Position numbers and translations under genes: made by a program. The notes under the pieces are model-generated. The model saw only the letters and a program-made list of their open reading frames with translations. It ran no database searches and had not been told where the DNA came from. Below, in pieces: positions 43,159 to 52,450 of a DNA stretch of 64,000 bases; position 1 is the first letter of the stretch; each line of letters begins with the position of its first letter. The stretch covers positions 5,285 to 69,284 of the forward strand of contig DLHX01000018.1 of assembly GCA_002483465.1 (NCBI GenBank). The letters are read 5' to 3'. The DNA is from Micavibrio sp. UBA7657 (GTDB lineage Bacteria > Pseudomonadota > Alphaproteobacteria > Micavibrionales > Micavibrionaceae).

Positions 43159-44244
43159 TCATCGCAATTTTAGCGTCGACAGGCCGATCAGCGCGAGAAT
43201 GAAAGCAATAATCCAGAAACGGATAACAACCGTAGGCTCTGACCATCCCTTTTTTTCGAAATGGTGATGGATGGGCGCCATGGCAAAGACGCGCTTACCC
43301 GTCAGTTTGAATGATACAACCTGAATAATCACCGAGACTGTCTCGAGCACGAACACGCCGCCGATAATCGCGAGCACCAGTTCGTGCTTCGTGATCACAG
43401 CAATGGTACCGAGCACACCACCCATCGCCAACGAACCCGTATCGCCCATAAAAATCATTGCCGGCGGCGCGTTATACCAGAGGAAGCCCATCGCCCCACC
43501 GATCAGCGCACCGCACAAGACCGCCAGTTCCCCAGTTCCCGGCACATAAGGAACATTGAGATATTCCGCGAAATCAGCGCGGCCCACGAGATAAGCGATC
43601 AGGCCGAAGCACCCGGCAGCAATCGCCACAGGTACAATCGCAAGACCGTCGAGGCCATCCGTCAAATTCACCGCATTGGATGAACCTACAACCACGAACA
43701 GCGCCCACGGCGCAAAAAACCAGCCGACATTAATAAAAAGCTCCTTGAAGAAAGGAATGGCGATATGAGTGCTGAGTGTATCAGGCATCGTCACCATAAT
43801 GCCGATCGTAGCGCTGAGGCCGATGATGAATTGCAAAAGAAGTTTCAGTTTTCCCGGCAGGCCCTTCGTATTTCTCTTGGTCAGCTTTAAATAATCATCG
43901 CCGAAACCGATCAAGCCGTATCCCACCATCACCAGCAGCGCATACCAGACAAAATTATTCGTCAGGTCGGCCCAGAGAAGTGTCGAGATCGAAACGGAAA
44001 TCAAAATCATCAGACCACCCATAGTCGGCGTGCCCGCTTTGGCAAAATGCGTTTGCGGTCCGTCGGTTCTGATGGGCTGCCCCTCTTTTTGTTTTTTCTT
44101 AAGCCAGCGGATCATCGCGGGCGCAATCAAAAAACAGATTACCAGCGCCGTCATGATCGCGCCGCCGGTTCTGAACGTGAGATAACGGAACAGGTTGAAG
44201 AAAAGAAATTCGTCGGCGAAGGGCGTCAGTAAATTATAAAGCAT
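43159..44244 (-). CDS. mraY: phospho-N-acetylmuramoyl-pentapeptide transferase
   Basis: [36 protein letters not shown]. The ATG at 44244 (residue 49 of the track ORF) is preferred; the upstream 48 aa are Arg/Cys-rich and overlap the preceding ORF. Confidence 0.95.
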   Translation of the reverse strand: MLYNLLTPFADEFLFFNLFRYLTFRTGGAIMTALVICFLIAPAMIRWLKKKQKEGQPIRTDGPQTHFAKAGTPTMGGLMILISVSISTLLWADLTNNFVWYALLVMVGYGLIGFGDDYLKLTKRNTKGLPGKLKLLLQFIIGLSATIGIMVTMPDTLSTHIAIPFFKELFINVGWFFAPWALFVVVGSSNAVNLTDGLDGLAIVPVAIAAGCFGLIAYLVGRADFAEYLNVPYVPGTGELAVLCGALIGGAMGFLWYNAPPAMIFMGDTGSLAMGGVLGTIAVITKHELVLAIIGGVFVLETVSVIIQVVSFKLTGKRVFAMAPIHHHFEKKGWSEPTVVIRFWIIAFILALIGLSTLKLR

Positions 44245-44670
44245 AAGCTGTCTTTCCGCTTGGCATGACCCGCAGCGCCTCGATTGCAATTTTCTGGCGC
44301 GCTTTTTTGACGAACACGATGAAATCTCCCGGCGCCAACACCTCCGGCACGATCTTGTCCGTGCCCGGACTGCGTAAAATCTGGCCAATCACGTGATAAA
44401 CGTGGGAAACCGGCGTAATCGTCTTTGTCGTATAAACAACGTCGAGATTACCGATTTTACTCGGCATTGCCAACCGGGTCTTTTTAATGTTTTTGCGGCC
44501 GTCATGATCCGGCAGATAACCCTCCAGCATGGCTGTTTGCCGCCCGCCCCCGAGATCGATCAGGTTCCTGACCCGGAACACCGCGCAGGGCTCCTCGCGT
44601 TGCCTTTTGACACTGACGGTCACCGTCGGCGTCTTCAGGAAACTCCAGAAAGAGCGGTTATCAACGTTCA

Positions 44671-44674
<4 letters not shown>
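44234..44674 (-). CDS. hypothetical 146-aa protein occupying the murF slot; possible degenerate MurF C-terminal domain
   Basis: ATGA overlap with the murE stop and an 11-nt overlap with the mraY start; host-like composition. There is weak resemblance to MurF domain 3 ([18 protein letters not shown] vs ..LIDDSYNANP.SM.AAL..L; [11 protein letters not shown]....IEAL vs PGDVVLVKGSR..ME.VVEAL). Confidence 0.55.
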
Positions 44675-46111
<1,437 letters not shown>

Positions 46112-46119
<8 letters not shown>

Positions 46120-47830
46120 GGCCCTTCACCGTCACATATTGTTTCAACGATGCCGATAAATCTGTTTCTTCGTTCGCTTTTTCAGGCTTGATGCCAAGAA
46201 TGGCGGCCATTGAGGCCACAACCCGCGCCACTGCCGGCGCACCAACCCAGCCACCTGTTGCATATCCAAAACTTTTCTTCGTCGGCTTCGGCCCGTCGAT
46301 CACGATAAATATCGCGTATTCAGGTTTCTCAACCGGGAACACGCCAACGAAAGATGACAGTAACTGTGACTGGTCGTAGCCGCGTCCGCTCTGCTGCTCC
46401 GCCGTTCCCGTCTTGCCGCCGACGCGATAACCCGGCACATCGGCCTTCTCGCCGGTGCCCTCGGTTACAACAAGCCGCAACAACTGGCGCATGCGGTGGA
46501 CGGTCTGCGCCGAAACCACCCGTAGCGATTCATCCTGCGCGTTTTCCTCCGCCTTTTTATTGAGCACAAGATGCGGTGCCACGAGATAACCGCCATTGAC
46601 GATGGAGGACACTGCTGCCGTCATTTGCAGAGGTGTCGTCGCTATGCCGTGGCCGTATGATGCAGTTAAAGTGTTAATCTCGCGCCATGGGTGCGGCACC
46701 TGCGGCTTGCCCACCTCAGAAATTTCAAGATTCATTTTCTCGGTCAGGCCAAGATCGTCGTAAAAATCCTTCAGCCTGTCGGTGCCGACCGCCTGTCCCA
46801 TCATCGCCGCGCCGATATTTGACGAATACATGAACACTTCGGGAATCGTCAGAATACGATCCTCGGCGTGGTAGTCATTGATCGTGAATCTTCCGCGCTT
46901 GATCGGCTCGCGCGCATCGAAACTGGCGTTCATGCCGACATTGTGCGTCTCAAGAAACGCCGCGGTTGAAAAAATCTTGAAAACCGACCCCAGTTCATAC
47001 GTCCCGAGACTGACCCTGTTGAACATTTTCCTGCTGGTTTCATCAATTGCGCCATTGGGATCGAAATCCGGCAGCGACACCCCCGCGAGGACTTCGCCTG
47101 TATTCACATTCATTATAATCCCCGCGCCGCCCGCCGCGTGGAAATCATCGATCGCCTTGTCCATCTCCCGGCGCAGGGCGTGCTGTAACCTGACATCGAG
47201 CGTCAGCGCAACCGGCTTGCCTTCCAAGAGCAGTTGGTTAAAGCTTTTCTCGATCCCGGCGAGTCCCTCGCTCCCGGTGCCTGCATAACCAACGAAATGC
47301 GACGTTAGCGCTCCTTGCGGATAAACGCGGCGGTCTTCGTATTTAAACGCCAACCCCGGCTCGCCGAGTTTCAGTACTTCATGCTGCTCCTGCGGCGTCA
47401 GGCTGTATTTCAAATGAACGAAGCGCCCGCCTTTTTGAAACCGGCGCAGCGTCTCACCATATTCGAGATCGGGAAAAATCCGCGCGAGATTTTCCGCCGC
47501 CTTCTCCGCGTCGGAAATCAAATGCGGATCGGCATAGAGCGAGGCGGTCTTGATCGTGGTCGCCAGCAATTCTCCGTTGCGATCCGTGATGTCGGCACGC
47601 GTAACACCGCTTATAGCTGCCGCCTCTTCCTGCACCACGCCGTTATCAACCAACGCCGCCGGTTTTCCCTGAATGACCATTAAATCTACTGCGCGCGCTG
47701 CAAGAAACATATAGGCGAAAATGAAACATGCGCCCATCAGGACAAGCCGCCCGCGCGCGAGGTCAAGCGAGGAGCTTTTCTCGCCGATTAGCTTGATGGC
47801 ATGGCGGCGCGCCTGTTTTAGAAAAATCAT
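46112..47830 (-). CDS. ftsI: penicillin-binding protein 3 (divisome transpeptidase)
   Basis: SVFK, SSN and KTGTAE motifs plus an N-terminal anchor. Confidence 0.93.
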
Positions 47831-48264
47831 TCGCTGCCCTCTTTTGAAACTTGCTTCAGAAGATCGTCGAGGGATTTTTCTTTAGGGGGATTTTTTATAG
47901 GCGGCGGGGTGGGTTTTGCGGAGGGAACAGGCGTGAAGGAAACCGGTTGCGCCTGCATGGGGGATTCCACAGGCGGCTCGGTTTTTGCGGGAATTTCCGT
48001 GCCATCATTGGCGATATGGCCCGGGTCGGGAGGGGAAAGCTTGAGATATTGCCGCGCCAGCGTCTCGAGGCGGCCGGGGCTGTTGAGGAACGCCCACTCG
48101 GTTTTCAGGATACGTATGGAATCATTCTCGTGGTTAACATCAGCTGTGATGGCGGCAAGCTCAGCCTCGCTCTGCTGAACGTTTTGAGACGTTTGCAACA
48201 GCATCGATCCGGCCAGCACGGCCAGCGCGTAAATGAAAACCGTGCGAAGGCGGATTTTTTTCAT
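47827..48264 (-). CDS. ftsL: cell division protein FtsL
   Basis: Small bitopic protein with a coiled-coil and a Pro-rich tail, between rsmH and ftsI. Confidence 0.7.
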   Translation of the reverse strand: MKKIRLRTVFIYALAVLAGSMLLQTSQNVQQSEAELAAITADVNHENDSIRILKTEWAFLNSPGRLETLARQYLKLSPPDPGHIANDGTEIPAKTEPPVESPMQAQPVSFTPVPSAKPTPPPIKNPPKEKSLDDLLKQVSKEGSE

Positions 48265-49190
48265 GCCTCCCTCCTTATCCCAGCGCGCAGTTTCGCCGAG
48301 CGCGCACGTGGATTGTCACGGGCCTCTTCTTCCGAAGGCTGCACGGATTTTTTTGATTTTATGTCGAAAACCGGCGCTGTTTTTTCCGGCTGCACGAGCG
48401 AATGCCTTGAAACACCCGGCGCATTGCCGGATTTCTCGCGTAAGCAGTCCTTGACCATGGAATCTTCCAGCGAATGGAACGAAACAATAATCACGCGTCC
48501 ACCGGGATTAAGGATTTTTTCCGCTGCCCCGAGCGCGCGCTCCAGCTCGCCCAGCTCATCATTCACGACAATCCGCAACGCCTGGAAGGTGCGCGTTGCC
48601 GGGTCGATGTCATCGCCGCTGCGCGGCACGACCGAACGCACAACATCAGCCAGATCCGATGTCGTCTCAAATTTTTTCTCGCGGCGGCGCTCGATGATTG
48701 TTTTTGCGACACGGCGCGAGTGACGTTCCTCGCCATATTTATAAATTAAATCAGCCAGCTCACGTTCAGGCATCGAATTCACGATATCCGCCGCTGTTTT
48801 TCCACCGCTTGTATCCATGCGCATATCCAGCGGCCCGTCGAAACGGAAAGAGAACCCACGTTCCGCCTGGTCGAGCTGCATCGAGGAAACGCCAAGATCG
48901 AGAACGAAACCATCGACCTTTTCAAATCCCGCGCCTTTCAGCAGATCTTCCACATCGCCGAAGCAACCATGAAGGAAGACCAGCCGCTCGCCATATTTCG
49001 CTTTCAGGGTTTTTGCACGTTCCTGCGCGGATGGATCACGGTCAATGGCAATCACCGTGCAATCGGCGCCGTCGAGAAAAGCCTGCGTGTAGCCGCCTGC
49101 GCCGAACGTGCCGTCCACATAAACCTCGTCGTCTACGGGTTTCAGGTGGGCGAGCACTTCGTTCAGCATGACGGGAACATGGCTCATCAC
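48261..49190 (-). CDS. rsmH: 16S rRNA (cytosine1402-N4)-methyltransferase
   Basis: HVPVMLNEVL..VDGTFGAGGY..DLGVSSMQLD. Confidence 0.95.
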   Translation of the reverse strand: MMSHVPVMLNEVLAHLKPVDDEVYVDGTFGAGGYTQAFLDGADCTVIAIDRDPSAQERAKTLKAKYGERLVFLHGCFGDVEDLLKGAGFEKVDGFVLDLGVSSMQLDQAERGFSFRFDGPLDMRMDTSGGKTAADIVNSMPERELADLIYKYGEERHSRRVAKTIIERRREKKFETTSDLADVVRSVVPRSGDDIDPATRTFQALRIVVNDELGELERALGAAEKILNPGGRVIIVSFHSLEDSMVKDCLREKSGNAPGVSRHSLVQPEKTAPVFDIKSKKSVQPSEEEARDNPRARSAKLRAGIRREA

Positions 49191-49660
49191 GCACCGCCTT
49201 TCGGGATCGTCAGGCCCTGCACTTTAACCTGCGTGCGCGCATCCTCGCGGCGCTTTTTGAATGTCTTCGGGTTCCAGATCTGGAATTTTTTACCGAGCCC
49301 GACAAAATTCGCGCTTCCCTCGATCTGCGCGAAATCCATCAGCTCTTTCGGCAACACGATACGGCCATCGCCGTCGAATGGAAGCTGAACACTGTCGCCG
49401 AACACTGCGGTCGCGAGATCGTCCTGCAAATCAGAAAATAAATCGAAATGATCCAAACGCTGGCCGATCTCTTCCATGAACGACCATGAAAAACCCTCAA
49501 GCGCGGCGTGATGGTTCGAGCGGAACACGACAACGCCCTGGAAATTTTCCGACGCCAACGCCGAGCGGAATTGCGCCGGGACCGAAACGCGGCCCTTCTT
49601 GTCCACCTTGTTCAGATATGTCGAAAGAAACAAAGCCATGCCCGAATTCGTAACCTTCAT
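49187..49660 (-). CDS. mraZ: transcriptional regulator MraZ
   Basis: Duplicated SpoVT/AbrB-like halves (DKKGRVSVPAQFR and DGDGRIVLPKEL). Confidence 0.93.
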   Translation of the reverse strand: MKVTNSGMALFLSTYLNKVDKKGRVSVPAQFRSALASENFQGVVVFRSNHHAALEGFSWSFMEEIGQRLDHFDLFSDLQDDLATAVFGDSVQLPFDGDGRIVLPKELMDFAQIEGSANFVGLGKKFQIWNPKTFKKRREDARTQVKVQGLTIPKGGA

Positions 49661-49713
49661 GAGAGGAGTTTTTTCTCCACTTTATGTAAAAACTACCCCT
49701 GATCCGCCTCGAG

Positions 49714-49758
49714 ATGGAAGTTCATGGATATTTATGGGATAGCATGGGTTTTTATGGA
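49714..49758. promoter_or_regulatory. five phased ATGGR (TGGRN) direct repeats; candidate MraZ operator in the dcw promoter
   Basis: ATGGA/ATGGA/ATGGG/ATGGG/ATGGA start at 49714, 49724, 49734, 49744 and 49754 (exact 10-bp period). They lie 54-98 nt upstream of the mraZ ATG. Confidence 0.6.
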
Positions 49759-49831
49759 GCGTCAACGTAGCCACTGTCGCTCTCAGCGACTTATCCCCTG
49801 ATGGTTGAAATAAAAGGAAAAAACGGGCCTG

Positions 49832-49866
49832 AAATAAAGAAAGACCGCCCGTTTACGCGAGCGGCC
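49832..49866 (-). terminator. rho-independent terminator after rnpB
   Basis: On the minus strand, a GGCCGCTCG-CGTAAA-CGGGCGGTC hairpin (two G-U pairs) is followed by TTTCTTTATTT. Confidence 0.65.
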
Positions 49867-49875
49867 TTTCATAGA

Positions 49876-50237
49876 TACATCAGACGATCTGTAAGCCGGG
49901 TTCTGTCCTCTTGCGAGGGACGGCCATTCATCTGGGATGTCTGTTACCAGACACCTCGAGCGACCTACCCGGACTGCGGCGTGAAAATGCGCCTGTTAAG
50001 TCAATAACCTGCAGTCCCTATTTGGTCTTGCTTCCAGCGAGGTTTACCGTGCCGTTCCTGTTACCAGGAACGCGGTGGGCTCTTACCCCACCCTTTCACC
50101 CTTACCTGCAAGCAGGCGGTTTGCTTTCTGTTGCACTGTCTGTCGGCTTGCGCCGCCCGGGCGTTACCCGGCGCTGTATTTCCATGAAGCCCGGACTTTC
50201 CTCCCCTTGCGGAGCGGCCATCCGATCTTCTGACATG
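49876..50237 (-). ncRNA. rnpB: RNase P RNA, bacterial type A
   Basis: The reverse strand contains the universal blocks GGAGGAAAGTCCGGGCT, CAGTGCAACAGAAAGCAAACCGCC, GGTAAGGGTGAAAGGGTGGGGTAAGAGCCCACCG and ACAGAACCCGGCTTA. P1 pairs TCAGAAGATC with GATCGTCTGA. Ends are approximate. Confidence 0.93.
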
Positions 50238-50268
50238 CGGGGGAATATGGCGGAAACCGCCAAAAATA

Positions 50269-50988
50269 TCAAGTCTTTACGGTTTTCTTCAACCGGATCA
50301 AGGCTTCCAGCCGCGCGGCGCTGAGAAGGTCCGTTTTCAGCGGGTCTTCGTCCTCTTTGAATTTTTCCGGATAGAAATGCCGGTGATAGGCCTTCAGAAC
50401 TTCCTCGAACGGCGCTCTCGGGTCATAACCATAGGCCTTCAGGTGTTCGTGAAAAATCTTTTTGTCGTTCAACAGTTCCTTGGCAGCATTGAAATCCATC
50501 TCCCGGGAAAAGGCCCAAAGCCCGACAAACTCCTCGGCCAGCCGCTCCCAAGGGAATAACTCGCCCGGGTCTTCCTTGCGGCGCGGCGCGATGTCAGAAT
50601 GACCAAGCACGTTACAGGATTTGATTTTGTATTTCTGAATAAGGCCGAGGCAAAGCTCGATGACTGCATCGATTTGCTTATCCGGAAATTCCTTATAACC
50701 GAACTCGTGGCCCGGATTGACGATCTCGATGCCGATGGAATGCGAGTTCACGTCGACGATCTCATCCCAGTATGACGTGCCCGCGTGCCAGGCGCGCTTG
50801 TCTTCATCCACCAGCGCATGAAGCCGCCCACTCTCCTCGATGACGTAATGCGCGCTGACCTTACTCTCGGGATCACAGAGACGCTCCAGCGCTGCCTTGG
50901 CATTCTTCATGCCGGTGTAGTGCAGGATAATCAGCGAGGGTTTTGCCCCATGCCTGCGGTCGTCGAAATTGGTGGAGCCATGCTTCAT
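50269..50988 (-). CDS. N-acetylmuramoyl-L-alanine amidase (Amidase_2, AmpD-like)
   Basis: IILHYTGM..., SAHYVI.E.G......D...AWHAG, NSHSIGIEIVNPGH, GHSDIAP.RKEDPG. Confidence 0.82.
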   Translation of the reverse strand: MKHGSTNFDDRRHGAKPSLIILHYTGMKNAKAALERLCDPESKVSAHYVIEESGRLHALVDEDKRAWHAGTSYWDEIVDVNSHSIGIEIVNPGHEFGYKEFPDKQIDAVIELCLGLIQKYKIKSCNVLGHSDIAPRRKEDPGELFPWERLAEEFVGLWAFSREMDFNAAKELLNDKKIFHEHLKAYGYDPRAPFEEVLKAYHRHFYPEKFKEDEDPLKTDLLSAARLEALIRLKKTVKT

Positions 50989-51068
50989 GACTGAAGGGTA
51001 ACGCGGGGGCCACCCGTATTCAATACGCCTTGGCTTGTGAAGTCCCGGAACTATGTTAGTTTATAGCC

Positions 51069-51692
51069 ATGCTGAAAACCGCAAAAATACTGATTTTATT
51101 TATGTTTATCGCTTTGTTTGCGTCACCTGCGATGGCCGCAAATGGAAAGGATCTCATGGAGACGAAACCCGAAGGATACCCGGTCGCGATTTTCGCGGGC
51201 GGCTGTTTCTGGTGCACCGAGAGCGAATACCGCAGGCTGGACGGTGTATTGTTCACGCGCGTCGGTTATATCGGCGGCCACATGGACAACCCTAAATACG
51301 AAGACACACATGACAGCAAGAGCGGCCATGCCGAAGCGGTAGAAGTCACCTACGACCCGAAGAAAATTTCTTACCGCAAGTTGGTGGATTTTTTCTTGAA
51401 AGAAGCGCATGACCCGACGGAGTTAAACCGCCAGGGCCCGGATGTTGGCACGCAATACCGCTCGGCGATTTTCTATGCGAATGATGACGAGAAAAAAATC
51501 GCGCAGGACGCCATTGATGATTTAACGAAGGCAAAAAAATACGACAAGCCGATTGTGACGACGCTGGAGCAGGCCGGCACGTTCTGGCTCGGCGAGGATT
51601 ACCACCAGCAATATTTCGAGAAATACGAAAAGAAAACCGGCCAGCCGCATATTACGGACTGGCTGCACCGGCAGAATCGTAAGTCGGAGTAG
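51069..51692 (+). CDS. msrA: peptide-methionine (S)-S-oxide reductase, exported
   Basis: Signal peptide followed by AIFAGGCFWCTE and ..GHAEAVEVTYDP. Confidence 0.92.
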   Translation: MLKTAKILILFMFIALFASPAMAANGKDLMETKPEGYPVAIFAGGCFWCTESEYRRLDGVLFTRVGYIGGHMDNPKYEDTHDSKSGHAEAVEVTYDPKKISYRKLVDFFLKEAHDPTELNRQGPDVGTQYRSAIFYANDDEKKIAQDAIDDLTKAKKYDKPIVTTLEQAGTFWLGEDYHQQYFEKYEKKTGQPHITDWLHRQNRKSE

Positions 51693-51694
51693 AG

Positions 51695-52447
51695 CTACGC
51701 CGTCTCTCCTTTTTGCAGTTCTATAATTTTCTTGAGTTCTTCAATAGTGAAAGCAGGTCTTTTACGGTGAAGCATAGCATGACAGTTAGGACATACCGGT
51801 CGCAAATCCTTAATCGGATCAATTTGATATTCTTTGGCGACGGCAGAAAGCTCAATAAGATGATGAACGTGAATAAACTCTTTTCCTATTTCTCCAAAAC
51901 GAACCCGAAAATCAAAATTACACACTGCGCAAATATAATTATATTTTTTTATACATTCTTTTCGCGCATCGGCATTTCTTTCATACGCGTTGACCCATCT
52001 TTGTTTTTTTGCGCCTTCTGTAAATATTTTAGAATCTTCAATTTCATCAGGATATATACTTCCAGAAGCAACCCATTCTCCAGAGCCAGAAATTTTTCGG
52101 TAATGATTTAACAAGTTTTTTAAACCGGGCATTTTGCCTTTCGAAAAATTTCCAAAGTAATTAATATGAAGCTCAACCGACTGCACCGCTGATTTCAAGC
52201 CTGAAGATCCATAATCTTTTGAGATGTTTTCGAGGTAATATTCGACAGCATAAAGATTTAATGTACGCTTATATCCTCTACCCTTCATCATTAACTTAAA
52301 GTTATTGATATAAATGTTTGCGGAAACTTTAGTCATGCCTTGTTGATGCATTATTTCCAACGCATCAGATACTTTTGTCTTACCTGCATAAACCTGCTTG
52401 GCAAGCTCATAAAGTTCTTCAACGTGCTTTTCTGTGATGGTTACCAT
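51695..52447 (-). CDS. HNH endonuclease with an unrecognised ~165-aa N-terminal domain (AT-rich insertion)
   Basis: C-terminus YERNADARKECIKKYNYICAVCNFDF...FIHVHHL.....DLRPVCPNCHAMLH (COG3183-like HNH). Two sampled lines are 23% and 32% G+C. It lies 3 nt after the ileS stop, with 2 nt between its stop and the convergent msrA stop. Confidence 0.8.
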   Translation of the reverse strand: MVTITEKHVEELYELAKQVYAGKTKVSDALEIMHQQGMTKVSANIYINNFKLMMKGRGYKRTLNLYAVEYYLENISKDYGSSGLKSAVQSVELHINYFGNFSKGKMPGLKNLLNHYRKISGSGEWVASGSIYPDEIEDSKIFTEGAKKQRWVNAYERNADARKECIKKYNYICAVCNFDFRVRFGEIGKEFIHVHHLIELSAVAKEYQIDPIKDLRPVCPNCHAMLHRKRPAFTIEELKKIIELQKGETA

Positions 52448-52450
52448 TAA

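Noticed and set aside
44245-44388. 48-codon N-terminal extension of the mraY ORF
   Set aside because: It is Arg/Cys/Ser-rich and overlaps the 146-aa ORF. MraY homologues begin at the MLYNLL.. methionine.
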